Source: Myxococcales bacterium
GTDB lineage: Bacteria > Myxococcota_A > Polyangia > Nannocystales > Nannocystaceae
DNA length: 52,715 nt
Reading direction: 5' to 3'
Assembly (NCBI GenBank): GCA_020633295.1
Contig: JACKDW010000006.1
Location: 462,181 to 514,895 of the forward strand
Both the position numbers and the translations under genes were made by a program. The notes below the pieces were generated by a model. It made no database searches. It had not been told where the DNA came from and was given only the letters and a program-made list of their open reading frames with translations. Below are positions 1 to 9,592 of this stretch, one piece after another; position 1 is the stretch's first letter, and each line of letters starts with the position of its first letter.

Positions 1-687
1 GACCGCGACGCTCGAGCCCGCCAGCGCGCCGCCGACCCCCGCGCGCCAGGCGACGCCCTCCTCGATGGCGTCCAGCGCCATGATCAGCCCGACCCACAGC
101 GAGCAGGCCGCGAGCTGGTGCCCGTACAGCAGGTGCGCGTAGGCGTTCGCCGGCGTGCCCAGGGCGTAGACGACCAGCGCCAGCGCGACCGGAGCGTAGG
201 CGCGCGCGCCCCTCCGCGTCGCCCCTGCGGTCAGCCGTCGCCAGAGGAACCCGCACAGCAGCAGCGTCGGCGCGAGCCCGCCCAAGAGGCGCGCCCACCA
301 CGTGTAGCGCCGCAGCGTCAGCGCCTCGCCGCGCGCGCGCGCGTGCGCCCGCGCGAGCCAGTACGCCGGCGCCGTCGTCAACGTCGCGCCGGGCGGCTTG
401 TTCGGGTAGAGGCGCTGATCCACCGGGCTGCGCGCGACATCGGGCCCTGTCTTCAAGCCGCGCGCCGCGGGGCCGTCGATGGCCCACGAGCCCGCCTCGA
501 CCAGCGACATCCCCTGGATCAGCCGCGGGCGCTCGTTCGCGTTGCGCGTGGCCTCGGCGTACGGGAACGAGTAGCCGAGCAGCAGCGCCAGCGTCGCGAT
601 CAACGCGACGCCGACCCAAGGCCGCCGATCCGCTGCGCGCGGCGTCTCGAGGCGCCGCGTGTCGCTATCGTCCTGCGCGTCCCGCAT
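1..687 (-). CDS. Membrane glycosyltransferase-like protein, 5' portion (ArnT/PMT-like GT-C fold?). Gene continues past the window edge.
   Basis: Minus-strand reading frame is open from the ATG at 685-687 to the window edge. Manual translation (MRDAQDDSDTRRLETPRAADRRPWVGVALIATLALLLGYSFPYAEATRN...LYPNKPPGATL...) gives several hydrophobic transmembrane stretches, and a 'NKPPG' segment resembles the DKPPL motif of ArnT/PMT-type transferases. The ORF track omits it because it is truncated. A good RBS (GGAG) precedes the pspA gene just downstream on the same strand. Confidence 0.4.
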   Translation of the reverse strand, partial: MRDAQDDSDTRRLETPRAADRRPWVGVALIATLALLLGYSFPYAEATRNANERPRLIQGMSLVEAGSWAIDGPAARGLKTGPDVARSPVDQRLYPNKPPGATLTTAPAYWLARAHARARGEALTLRRYTWWARLLGGLAPTLLLCGFLWRRLTAGATRRGARAYAPVALALVVYALGTPANAYAHLLYGHQLAACSLWVGLIMALDAIEEGVAWRAGVGGALAGSSVAV

Positions 688-722
688 CGTCCCTGATGCG
701 CGCGCGACCCCTCGCGCGCGGC

Positions 723-1424
723 TCAGTCGCCGTCGGTGAGCGCCTTTCGGTCGAGCTTGGCCTTGAGCGCCGCGAGCTCGTCGTCGAGCTCATCGGTCGC
801 GTCGAGGTTGGCGAACTTCGCGTCGAGCTCGGCCTCGGCCACGCGCTCGTTCATCTCGCCCGAATTGACCTCGTTCAGCGCCTCGATCGCCGCGATCTTG
901 TCCTCGATCGCGTTAATGCGCGCGCCGGCCTCGCCGCCGCTCGAGATCTCCTCCTCGAGGTTGCGCCCCTTCTTGGCCGCGCGCGCCTGGGCCATCAGGC
1001 TCCCACGCCGCATGTTCAGCGACTTCAGCTTCGCCTTCGCCTCCTTGAGGCCGTCGCGCATGCTGTCGATCGTCTTCTGCTGCTGGGCCATCGCCTCCTC
1101 GAGCGACTTGCGCTCGGTCGTGACCTCGGACTTCCGCTGCAGCGCGGCGCGGGCGAGCTTGTCGTCGCCGATCTTGACCGCCTGGGTCGCGCGGCCGTGC
1201 CAGTTCGCCTCGTCCTTCTGCAGCCCCTCGAGCTTCCGCGCCATGACCTTCTGGTCCACCATCGCCTGACGCAGGTCGCCCTCGCCCTTCTTGATGTTGT
1301 CGGCGAGGTCATCGAGCATCAGCGCGACCTCTTGCCCGGGATCTGACATCGCATCGACCGCGTCGTTGAGCGTCGAGGAGATCGAGTTTCGGATCCGGGA
1401 GAACAGGCCTGGTTTCTTGCTCAT
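723..1424 (-). CDS. pspA: PspA/IM30 family protein (phage shock protein A / Vipp1-like)
   Basis: 233 aa. N-terminus MSKKPGLFSRIRNSISSTLNDAVDAMSDPGQEVALMLDDLADNI and a long heptad coiled coil are typical of PspA/IM30. GGAG lies 9 nt upstream of the ATG. Confidence 0.9.
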   Translation of the reverse strand: MSKKPGLFSRIRNSISSTLNDAVDAMSDPGQEVALMLDDLADNIKKGEGDLRQAMVDQKVMARKLEGLQKDEANWHGRATQAVKIGDDKLARAALQRKSEVTTERKSLEEAMAQQQKTIDSMRDGLKEAKAKLKSLNMRRGSLMAQARAAKKGRNLEEEISSGGEAGARINAIEDKIAAIEALNEVNSGEMNERVAEAELDAKFANLDATDELDDELAALKAKLDRKALTDGD

Positions 1425-1627
1425 TCTGGATGGCTCCCGCCGGCCGCCGCGGCGTCCGGCCAGCGGAAGTGTACGTCACGGGTGCTGCGCTGTCTCGCCC
1501 CTGCTCCGCGCGGTCGCCTCGGCCTGCGCGACCACGGAGCCCGCGGCGACGGGCCGCGGCGACCCGCTCGCGGGGGCCCTGACGCCCCGCGCGACGCGAC
1601 GATCCGGACGCGCTCGCGAGCGCGACG

Positions 1628-1706
1628 TGACGCGCTGACGCGCTGACGCGCTGACGCGCCGACGCGCCGACGCGCGCGCTCCGACGCGCGCTCCGACGCG
1701 GACTCG
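1628..1706. repeat. Short GC-rich tandem octamer repeats (GACGCGCT x3, GACGCGCC x2, GACGCGCGCTCC x2) in the pspA/ligase intergenic region
   Basis: Direct reading of the sequence at 1621-1706. Confidence 0.6.
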
Positions 1707-1733
1707 CCGGCCGACGCCGCGCGTGCGCGCGCG

Positions 1734-1860
1734 CAGTACATGACTAAATAGACAGGTTACGCGCGACGACGCGCGCGCACGCGCGGCGACGCGCGCTGAT
1801 CTCCACGCGATCACGCGGCGCCGCTACGCTCATAAAGAGACATGTACATAAAAACCTGTC
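1734..1860. promoter_or_regulatory. AT-rich divergent promoter region with paired inverted boxes (GTACATG...GACAGGTT at 1736-1758; CATGTACAT...AACCTGTC at 1841-1860)
   Basis: Two 7-8 bp boxes each recur as their reverse complement about 100 bp apart. ATGTACAT at 1842-1849 is a perfect palindrome. The region is much more AT-rich than the flanking 70% GC DNA and lies between divergent pspA (-) and the ligase gene (+). Confidence 0.3.
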
Positions 1861-1883
1861 CGATGAGACGATGACGAGCGCTG

Positions 1884-3164
1884 ATGTCGAGTAGCAACCA
1901 TGGAAAGCCGCCCGTCCTGCTCGCGCACAAGTGGGCGACAGGCCACGATCCCGCCGGCTGGTGGATGAGCGAGAAGCTCGACGGCGTCCGCGCGTACTGG
2001 GACGGGCGGCGCTTCCTCTCCCGCCAGGGTAACGAGTACATCGCGCCGTCGTGGTTCACGCGGCCGCTGCCGCGGCACCCGCTCGACGGCGAGCTGTGGA
2101 TCGATCGCAAGCAATTTCAGAAGTGCGTCGGGGTGGTCCGCCGGCAGAAGGCCGACGACGGCTGGAAGCAGGTCAAGTACCTCGTGTTCGACGCGCCCTC
2201 GCACGGCGGCATCTTCGAAGACCGGGTCGAGCACCTCACCGACCTCATCACCGGCATGGGCGCGCGCCACGTCGTCGCGGTCGATCACGTCCGCTGTCGC
2301 GATCACGCGCACCTGATCACCGAGTTCAACCGCGTCGAGGCGCTCGGCGGCGAGGGCCTGATGCTCCGCGAGCCGCGCTCGATGTACGCGGCCGGCCGCT
2401 CCCGCTCCCTCCTCAAGGTCAAGCGCTTCCACGACGCCGAGGCCAAGGTCCTCGGCTACATCGACGGTCAGGGGCGACACGCGGGTCGCGTCGGCGCGCT
2501 CTCGGTCGTCACGCCCGGCGGCGTACACTTCGCGATCGGCTCGGGGCTCTCTGACGCCGACCGCGATGACCCGCCGAAGATCGGCGCCATCGTCACGTTT
2601 CGTTACCAGGAGCTGACCGACGCGGGCGTCCCGCGGTTCCCGACCTTCGTCCGGATCCGTGACGACTTCGACTGGCCGACCAACGGCGCCAGCGCGAGCC
2701 GTCCCGTCGCCTCCAGCGTCCCGCTGACCCCCGCCGCCGCCAGGGCCTCGAGCGGCTCCGGCAAGACGACGAGCAAGACGAGCAAGACGAGCAAGACGAC
2801 GAGCAAGTCGTCGGGCAAGACGAAGAGCAAGCCCAAGAGCGCGCCCACGAGCACGCCCGCCGCGCCGACGGCAACGACGCCCGCGACGTCAACGACGCCC
2901 GCGACGTCAACGACGCCCGCGACGTCAACGACGCCCGCGACGAGCGCGGGCACCAACGTGACGCGCTACTTCGAAAAGCCGGGCGCGCCGGGCTCGTTTT
3001 GGGAGGTCACCGCCCAGGGCGTCGCCATGGCCGTGCGCTACGGCGAGCTGGGCACGCGCGGCAAGACCAAGCTCAAGACCTTCCGCGACGCGGCGCGGGC
3101 GACCCGCGAGGCCGAGCGGCTGCTCGCGATCAAGCTGAAAAAGGGCTTCGTCGAGAAGCCCTGA
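1884..3164 (+). CDS. ATP-dependent DNA ligase (minimal nucleotidyltransferase + OB fold) fused through a low-complexity Thr/Ser/Lys/Pro linker to a C-terminal WGR domain
   Basis: 426 aa. Ligase motif I KLDGVRAYWDG, motif III-like YLVFDAP, motif IV EGLMLRE, motif V LLKVKRF, and an OB domain (AIVTFRYQELTDAGVPRFPTFVRIRDD). The linker has TSKTSKTSK and (TTPATS)n repeats. The C-terminal 70 aa (TRYFEKPGAPGSFWEVTAQGVAMAVRYGELGTRGKTKLKTF...AIKLKKGFVE) match the WGR fold pattern. Confidence 0.85.
   Translation: MSSSNHGKPPVLLAHKWATGHDPAGWWMSEKLDGVRAYWDGRRFLSRQGNEYIAPSWFTRPLPRHPLDGELWIDRKQFQKCVGVVRRQKADDGWKQVKYLVFDAPSHGGIFEDRVEHLTDLITGMGARHVVAVDHVRCRDHAHLITEFNRVEALGGEGLMLREPRSMYAAGRSRSLLKVKRFHDAEAKVLGYIDGQGRHAGRVGALSVVTPGGVHFAIGSGLSDADRDDPPKIGAIVTFRYQELTDAGVPRFPTFVRIRDDFDWPTNGASASRPVASSVPLTPAAARASSGSGKTTSKTSKTSKTTSKSSGKTKSKPKSAPTSTPAAPTATTPATSTTPATSTTPATSTTPATSAGTNVTRYFEKPGAPGSFWEVTAQGVAMAVRYGELGTRGKTKLKTFRDAARATREAERLLAIKLKKGFVEKP
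2761..2945 (+). repeat. In-frame tandem repeats encoding the ligase linker (AAGACGAGC-type 9-mers at 2764-2810; 18-bp unit ACGACGCCCGCGACGTCA x4 at 2874-2945)
   Basis: Direct reading. The second block has three perfect plus one imperfect 18-bp copies and encodes TTPATS repeats. Confidence 0.7.
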
Positions 3165-3233
3165 GCCCGCCGCGGCGGCCCGCTCAACACGACCGCGTCG
3201 CGCGACCGCGTCGCGCGACGATCGTGACGCGCG

Positions 3234-3644
3234 CTAGCTCGCGGCGCCGCTGTCGATCCCGAGGATCTCCTTCACCTGGTTGATGAAGCGCTCCTCCTTC
3301 TCGGTGACCTTGCCGTCGGAGTACGCCAGCTGGATGAGGTGAATGACGACCGCGTTGCGCTGCTTCTCCGACATCCCGCCGGCGCCGTCGCGACCGTCGC
3401 GCAGGATCTCGACCGCCTTGATCACGGCGTCGTCGCGCGCCGCCTCGTCGGGCAGGCTGTTGTGCCACTCGCCGACCTCCGAGAGCACGCCCGCGATCTG
3501 CTCGCGCCGGGCGTCCGGGATCCACTTGTGCAGCAGGTCGACGGCCTTGACCACCTCGTCCGCGCTCATGCCTTCGTCCGTCGCGTGAATAAACCGGAGG
3601 TACAGGAACCCGAGGATGTGGATTGGGGTCATCTTCTCTAGCAT
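3234..3644 (-). CDS. TerB-like (tellurite-resistance TerB / DjlA N-terminal-like) domain protein
   Basis: The real start is probably the internal ATG at 3642-3644 (MLEKMTPIHILGFLYLRFIHATDEGMSADEVVKAVDLL...LIQLAYSDGKVTEKEERFINQVKEILGI), about 136 aa. The longer 290-aa ORF upstream is an Arg-rich extension that is unlikely to be coding. Confidence 0.65.
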   Translation of the reverse strand: MLEKMTPIHILGFLYLRFIHATDEGMSADEVVKAVDLLHKWIPDARREQIAGVLSEVGEWHNSLPDEAARDDAVIKAVEILRDGRDGAGGMSEKQRNAVVIHLIQLAYSDGKVTEKEERFINQVKEILGIDSGAAS

Positions 3645-4124
3645 CGGTGCTTCGCTCCTCGTCTCGAGGCGGTCCCGGCCGCCGCGTGAGTGTCGGGAAT
3701 CATATCGCAGCGCCCTCCTCCGCAGGGCAGCGAGCTCGCTGCGTGTACACGCGCACGCGTCGCGATCATCGCGCGACGGCGCGGGCACGCGTCGCGCCTG
3801 CGCGCTCGGGCGAGCTCGAGTCGCGCTCCTCGAGCGAGCCGCGAGCGATCGTGCCGGCCGCGGGACCGCGCGCGCGCGCGCGCTTCTGCGGACGCGCCGT
3901 AAAACCTGCGGCGACTCGACTCGAGTCTTCGGCAAAAACAGCGACGCCGCGCGCGAGTTCGCCCCGGATCGAGCGGGCGATCCGCGCGCCTCGTGTGATA
4001 CGGTTCGCACGCGCTGACTGGGGCCCCGACGCCGATCCCGTCCACAATCGGTGATCGCGCTCGGCGAGCGCCCGTCTGCGACGTCTGTTATCCGTCCGAC
4101 CCCCAACCTGGAATCACGACGACC

Positions 4125-4316
4125 TTGTCAAGCCCCGTAAAACCCCCCCAGACGGCCAGACCCGCCCAGCATCACGACACGTGGTTCGACAGCCTCCGGC
4201 GTGAGTACGCCGAGGTCAGCCGCTCCTTCCGCCGTCGACTCCGCGAAGAGCAGAGCTACGAGGGCGACGACTGGGGCGACCCCGACGAAGACGACTGGGG
4301 CCGCGAGAAGACCTAG
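4125..4316 (+). CDS. Small acidic hypothetical protein (63 aa), TTG start
   Basis: ORF in a 780-bp intergenic gap. Acidic C-terminus (EGDDWGDPDEDDWGREKT). Non-ATG start and no recognisable domain. Confidence 0.25.
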   Translation: MSSPVKPPQTARPAQHHDTWFDSLRREYAEVSRSFRRRLREEQSYEGDDWGDPDEDDWGREKT

Positions 4317-4428
4317 CAGCGCGAGGCGGCGAAACGCGGTGTACCGGGCCGCACCACAAGTTTCGCCAACGACGCCCACGGCGAAAAATACGACGCGGGC
4401 GACACGCGGACATTCGCCCTGGCAGCCG

Positions 4429-6363
4429 CTATCGCGCCGATCCGGCGACGCGACGTCGGCGGATCCCGAGCAGTGCCAGCAGCGCCAGCGAGCTCCAGGC
4501 GCCGCCGCCCGAGTCGGCCCCGCAGTCGCAGCCATCGTCGTCGAGTTGCCCCGCAGTCTCCGTCGTCGCCGACTCGGAGTCACTGTCAGTGTCGGACGCA
4601 GACGTCGTAGTCCCTGCGGTCGTGACGTCATCCGAGTCGGTCTCTGCCATCGTCGTCCCGTCGCCGGTCGTCGGGTCTACCGTCGTGCCCGTCGTCGGAT
4701 CGGGGCCGGTCGTCGTCGACGTCGTGCCAGGGTCGTTCGGGATCGGCTCGAACTCCTCGACCCCCGTGCAGGCCGAGTTGCCGGCGGCATCAATCGCGCA
4801 GTAGCGGTACCGGACCGTCAGCGCGTCGGGGACGATGAAGGTGTAGGTCCAGAGGTGCTCGCCGTACCACCACCCGTCGACCTTCACGCCGTCGGTCTCG
4901 ATGTCGTCCATGTCGACCGCGTACTCGAGGTACACGGCCTGCCAGTCGTGCCCGTAGTTGACCGTCTTGTTGTCGTGCACCCGCGCGCGCAGGGTCAGCT
5001 CGTCGCCGACCATCACCATGTCCTCGGGCGTGACGATCTGCGCGATCGAGATGATCGGCACGGCGGTGTCCGGCGCCACGTCCTCGCCGAAGAACACGAA
5101 GTTCTCGAACGCGTTGAGCCCGTCGCCGAGCACCGCGTCGAGCTTCGCGTCGCCGTTGAGATCGCCGACCTCGATGTCGAAGGTCCCGTCGGACGAGACC
5201 GCGCCGAAGGGCAGCGCGCCCGCCGTGACGAACTGCCCGCCTTGGTGCTCCAGCAGGCGATCGCCGTCCTCGGCCGCCGACGCGAGGAAGAAGTCGGGGT
5301 CGCCGTCGGAGTCGTAGTCCGCGAACGCGAGGCCGTAGTCGAAGGTCGAGATGTTGTCGATCGGCTGCCACCACGTCGCGGTCACGTCCATGAACGCGCC
5401 GCCGGTGTTGAGCAGCACGCGGCTGCGGAAGCCCTCCATGCCGCCGCCCTCGCCGTCCTGCAGCGACACGAGGTCGAGCAGCTCGTCGCCGTCGATGTCC
5501 AGCGCCGTGTAGCTCACGCCGTACTTGAACTGCGGCAGCTTGCCCACGGTGATGTCCGTGAACGTGCCGTCCCCGTTGTTCCGGTACAGGCGGCCGCCGT
5601 CGGCGCAGGTGAAGCACGCCGCGAGCACGTCGAGGTCATAGTCGTTGTCGATGTCGACGAGCTCGACGTCCCACGACCACCGGAGGTTGATGTCCGGCAT
5701 GCGCGCGAGCGTCTCGTCGGTGAAGTGCCCGTCGCCGTCGTTGATCCAGACGAGCGTCCGGCCGCCCTCCGAGATCTCGAGGTTCACCGGGATCTCGCCC
5801 CACTCGCTCAGCACGAGGTCGAGATCGCCGTCGCCGTCGACGTCGCCGAACTCCGCGTCGCCGATGCTGTGGTCGTCCTGGGGCAGCTGCTCGCCGCTGA
5901 CCTCGGTCAGCTGGAACTGCGTGTCGAGGTTGTTCTCGTCCCACACGAGCAGGCGGCTGCGGCTCTTCCAGTTGGCCGCGATGAAGATGTCGAGGCGCCC
6001 GTCGCGGTTGACGTCGCGCGCCTTGATCATCCGCCCCGTGTCCGGGATCGCCTTCGGGTCGTCCGGGATGGAGCCGAAGATCTCGACGCTCACGTCCGTG
6101 AACACGCCGAAGCCGTCGTTGACGAACGCCTGGTTCGGCTCGCCGGAATTGGGCGTGCCGGAGTGCCAGCCGCCGCAGTTCGCGAACAGCAGCTCGGGCG
6201 CGCCGTCCTCGTTGAGGTCCGCGAGCTCGACGTCGGTCGTGAAGTGGTTCCCCGCGTCGAGGAACTGCTGCGGCGTCGCCTTCACCCACGGCGCGGCTGA
6301 GGCCGCCGCGGGCAGGAGCAGAACCAATAGCGCGGGGACGAAGACCAAGCGAACGCGACGCAT
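4429..6363 (-). CDS. Secreted FG-GAP/VCBS-repeat (ASPIC/UnbV, CRTAC1-like) protein with C-terminal MYXO-CTERM sorting tag
   Basis: 644 aa. Signal peptide MRRVRLVFVPALLVLLLPAAASAAP; repeated DxDGDGxxD / FG-GAP-like motifs (DVNRDGRLDIF, DVDGDGDLDLV, DLNGDAKLDAV). C-terminus DDDGCDCGADSGGGAWSSLALLALLGIRRRR. Confidence 0.85.
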   Translation of the reverse strand: MRRVRLVFVPALLVLLLPAAASAAPWVKATPQQFLDAGNHFTTDVELADLNEDGAPELLFANCGGWHSGTPNSGEPNQAFVNDGFGVFTDVSVEIFGSIPDDPKAIPDTGRMIKARDVNRDGRLDIFIAANWKSRSRLLVWDENNLDTQFQLTEVSGEQLPQDDHSIGDAEFGDVDGDGDLDLVLSEWGEIPVNLEISEGGRTLVWINDGDGHFTDETLARMPDINLRWSWDVELVDIDNDYDLDVLAACFTCADGGRLYRNNGDGTFTDITVGKLPQFKYGVSYTALDIDGDELLDLVSLQDGEGGGMEGFRSRVLLNTGGAFMDVTATWWQPIDNISTFDYGLAFADYDSDGDPDFFLASAAEDGDRLLEHQGGQFVTAGALPFGAVSSDGTFDIEVGDLNGDAKLDAVLGDGLNAFENFVFFGEDVAPDTAVPIISIAQIVTPEDMVMVGDELTLRARVHDNKTVNYGHDWQAVYLEYAVDMDDIETDGVKVDGWWYGEHLWTYTFIVPDALTVRYRYCAIDAAGNSACTGVEEFEPIPNDPGTTSTTTGPDPTTGTTVDPTTGDGTTMAETDSDDVTTAGTTTSASDTDSDSESATTETAGQLDDDGCDCGADSGGGAWSSLALLALLGIRRRRVAGSAR

Positions 6364-6648
6364 GCTCCTGAATTACTCCGAGGCGACGACGCAGATCAAC
6401 ACGCGCCGCGGCTCGCGCGAATTCTCCCTTCAACGTGCGCTTTAGGACACTCTCAAAAATGCGCCGCGCGTCGGCGCATCACATGGCCTTCTAGCCATCA
6501 TGTCTTTAGAGGCATATTCAACCACGAGCGCTCGAACGCTCGCCCGCGCACGCCGCCGCTCCGTGTACGCGCACGCACCCGCAGGTGCGATCGCCGCTTC
6601 ACACCCGACGTTATCGCGCCCCGACGCGCTCGCCCGCGCGCCGCTCGC

Positions 6649-7353
6649 TCAGCGGCCCATCATCCGACGCCAGTCGTCGAGCGAGCGGATCCGGAGGTAG
6701 TGATTGGTGCGCCGCTGCTCCCGCATCGTGCTCGTCGGCGTCGGCCCGTAGTCGTGCCCGGGGTACAGCACGACGTCGTCGGCGAGCTTGGCGAGCCGCC
6801 CCGTCAAGGTCTCGTACATCTGCGCGGGATCGCTGCCCGGCAGATCGACGCGGCCGCAGCCGTTGACGAACAGGGTGTCCCCAGAGACGAGCCGGTCGTG
6901 GAGCAGGAAGCACTGGCTCCCCGGCGTGTGCCCCGGCGTGTGGATCAGCTCGACCGTCACGTCGCCGAGCTGCACGCGGTCGCCGCTCTCGTGACGCACC
7001 ATGTCGCCCTCGCTGAGCCCGGTGATCTTCTTCAGGCCGTCGGCCTCGAGCTTGTGGACGTGAACGCGCGCGTCGACCCTGCCCACGAGCTCGGCGACCC
7101 CGCCCGGGACCGTGAAGCCGAGCATGCTGCCGCCCACGTGATCCGGGTGGTAGTGGGTCACGAGCGCGCCGGTGATCCGCATGCCGTCACGGCCCGCGAT
7201 GTCGATGAGCGCGTCGGTGCTCCACGCGGGATCGACGACGAGGCACTCGCCCGCGCGCCGACTCCCGATCAAGTAGATGAAGTTCGCCATGGGCCCGAGC
7301 GGGACCTGGCGAAAGTAGAGGTCGGGGTTGTTCGGCGCGTCGGAGTGGCCCAC
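6649..7353 (-). CDS. MBL-fold metallo-hydrolase (glyoxalase II-like)
   Basis: 234 aa with the HxHxDH motif (THYHPDHVGG) and downstream HTPGHTPGS and PGHDYG motifs. Confidence 0.9.
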   Translation of the reverse strand: MGHSDAPNNPDLYFRQVPLGPMANFIYLIGSRRAGECLVVDPAWSTDALIDIAGRDGMRITGALVTHYHPDHVGGSMLGFTVPGGVAELVGRVDARVHVHKLEADGLKKITGLSEGDMVRHESGDRVQLGDVTVELIHTPGHTPGSQCFLLHDRLVSGDTLFVNGCGRVDLPGSDPAQMYETLTGRLAKLADDVVLYPGHDYGPTPTSTMREQRRTNHYLRIRSLDDWRRMMGR

Positions 7354-7508
7354 GACGCTGGTTGTGACAGGCCCCGAGGCGAGGGGTCAAGACCCCGGCC
7401 AGGGCGCGCGACGCGAGGCCTCGCGCCGTCGTCGACAGGACGCGCTCGCGAGCGCGTCCCGGCGCTCGCGGAGCGACCGGGGCGCGGCGTCACGAGCGGA
7501 CGCCCGGC

Positions 7509-9140
7509 CTAGAGCGCCTCGAGCACGGCGCGGATCTCGGCGAGCTCCGCGTCTCCCGGCAGCGCGGCCTCGGCCGCGCCGAGGGACTGCAGCGCGTCGC
7601 TGAGCATCACGCTCGGGTCCGCGTCAAAGTCGCTCTGCGCCTTCAGGGCCTCGGCGTAGTCGTACACCGCCCGCCCCTTGAGCAGGTTCACCGAGCTCTC
7701 CCCCATCAAGTCGCCGAAGGTGATCGAGTCCTCGATCACGCGCTCCTCGAAGGTGATGGCGTCCTTGTAGCGCACGGTGACGCGGACGGGCGTGTCAGGC
7801 TGCACGAGCTCCGGCGCGCACGTCTCGATCTGCTGGTAGAACACCATCGCGTCGTTCGGCGCCAGGTGCTGCGGCTCGACCTCCGCCGGATCGGTGCTGT
7901 ACTCCTCGCCGCTGAACTTCACGATCGCGAAGCCGGGCGGCAGCTCGAGCTCGACCTGAACATCACGGGCGGCGACGGCGAGCGTGTTGACGAACTGCGT
8001 ATTGAAGACCTTCCAGGCCTCCTCGGCGTTCGGGATGAAGACCGAGGCGCCCTTGCCGATATCCGTGACGGTGTCCATCAGCAGGTCGTTGTACGAGGTC
8101 GCCGAGCCGACGCCCACGCCGACCATGTAGATCCCGTCCTCGTTGTTCGCGCCGGCGTGCTCGGCGATGATCTGCTCATCGGTGATGCCGACATTGGCCC
8201 CGCCGTCGCTGATGAGGACGATGCGGTTGATGCGGCCGGGATCGTAGGAGGCCGTCGCCAGCTGGTAGCCTGCCTTGAGCCCGCCCGCGAGGTCGGTGCC
8301 GCCGCCAGGCTCGAGGCCGTCGCAGATCGCGACCACCTTCGGATCGTCGGGACCCGTGACCTGGTAGCCGCCGAGCTTGATCGCGTTGGTCGTGTCCCAG
8401 CCGACGGCCGAGAGCACGTCGCCCTCCTTGAGGCTCGCGGCGATCGCACGGCAGGCCTCCTGCTGCATCGCCATCGGCGTACCCGCCATCGAGCCGGACT
8501 CGTCGAGGACCAGCGTGATGTTGAGCGGCGCGCGCTGCTCGTTGCTGACGATCTCGCTGCCGACGCCGATCTGCAGCACGAACTCGCTGCGGTCGCTCGT
8601 CTCCTCGACCTTGAGCAGCTCCGTCGTCAGCGTCAGCTGACCTGTCTCCGCGGCCGGGTAGCCGAAGGTGTAGTAGTTCATGAACTCGTAGGTGCGAACG
8701 GGCACGTTGCTCAACGAGCCGAATTGGCCGAGCACGGCCTCGCGCGCCTGCACAGGCGAGGACATCGAGTTCGAATCGTCAGGCGAGAGGTAGAGGACGA
8801 CCGGCGTCTCGCTGTCGCACTTCACCTCCTCCGGAGGCGGCTCCTCCGGCGGGGGCTCCTCCTCCGGCGGCTCCTGGCCCGTGTCGCCGGCGCTCGAGGT
8901 GCCCGACGTCCCGGGTCCACCCGAGGAGTCGTACCCACCCGACGTCCCACCTGCGCCGCTCGCGTCGGAGCCACCGTACTCGCCGGCGCTGCTCTCCGAG
9001 CCATATGAGCCGTCGCTTCCCCCGCCGTCGGAGCCCGAGTCGCCGCAGGCGACGAGCGTAAACGACGCTGCGAGACCGACGGCCAGCGTCAGGCGAGAGC
9101 CGAGATCAGAAAGGGAGAGACGGGGCGCGTATGAAATCAT
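7509..9140 (-). CDS. Lipoprotein with von Willebrand factor type A domain (YfbK-like VWA + C-terminal domain)
   Basis: 543 aa. Lipobox LVACG; Gly/Ser/Pro/Glu-rich linker; MIDAS motif DESGSM...ISDGGAN. Confidence 0.85.
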   Translation of the reverse strand: MISYAPRLSLSDLGSRLTLAVGLAASFTLVACGDSGSDGGGSDGSYGSESSAGEYGGSDASGAGGTSGGYDSSGGPGTSGTSSAGDTGQEPPEEEPPPEEPPPEEVKCDSETPVVLYLSPDDSNSMSSPVQAREAVLGQFGSLSNVPVRTYEFMNYYTFGYPAAETGQLTLTTELLKVEETSDRSEFVLQIGVGSEIVSNEQRAPLNITLVLDESGSMAGTPMAMQQEACRAIAASLKEGDVLSAVGWDTTNAIKLGGYQVTGPDDPKVVAICDGLEPGGGTDLAGGLKAGYQLATASYDPGRINRIVLISDGGANVGITDEQIIAEHAGANNEDGIYMVGVGVGSATSYNDLLMDTVTDIGKGASVFIPNAEEAWKVFNTQFVNTLAVAARDVQVELELPPGFAIVKFSGEEYSTDPAEVEPQHLAPNDAMVFYQQIETCAPELVQPDTPVRVTVRYKDAITFEERVIEDSITFGDLMGESSVNLLKGRAVYDYAEALKAQSDFDADPSVMLSDALQSLGAAEAALPGDAELAEIRAVLEAL

Positions 9141-9592
9141 GCTATGGGCTCCTGCACGCGTGAATCAGTGCGTCGCGTGCACCGTCCAACCCCTTTGCAA
9201 CTTGTGTGCACCGTGTGATTTCAGGACGTTGCACGGCGTGCCAAGCTCGACCCCGACCGAGATGCCGCACGTTCCACCGGCGGTCGGACATTCGTGTCGT
9301 GAGTCGGGAAGTTACCGGCCTCGGCGCTTTTACGCTCGAAGAACCCGATTGGCTCGACCCGCGACTCAACCCCGAAGGTCACTCGCCAGAACGTGATACC
9401 AAGGCGAAGTGGACGACGAGGTCGAGGTCTGCTGTCCGTATTGTTGTGAGTGGATCTCGTTGTACGTCGATCCACACACGCGCGGCGAGCTCATCCAGGA
9501 CTGTGATGTGTGCTGTCGTCCGTGGCGCGTGTTCGTCGCGCGCGATGAGGACGGCCAGCTCGCAGTCACTGTGGACCGCGCGTGAGCGTCGG

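Noticed and set aside
118-696. ORFs 118..696 (+) and 696..1346 (+) overlapping the membrane-protein and pspA genes
   Set aside because: Extremely Arg/Ala/Pro-rich low-complexity translations, typical antisense or out-of-frame shadows in 70% GC DNA. The opposite strand carries convincing genes.
4201-6300. 699-aa ORF (+) antisense to the FG-GAP gene, and the 275/265-aa ORFs in the same region
   Set aside because: Arg/Val/Asp-rich with no motifs. Mirror image of a well-supported secreted protein gene.
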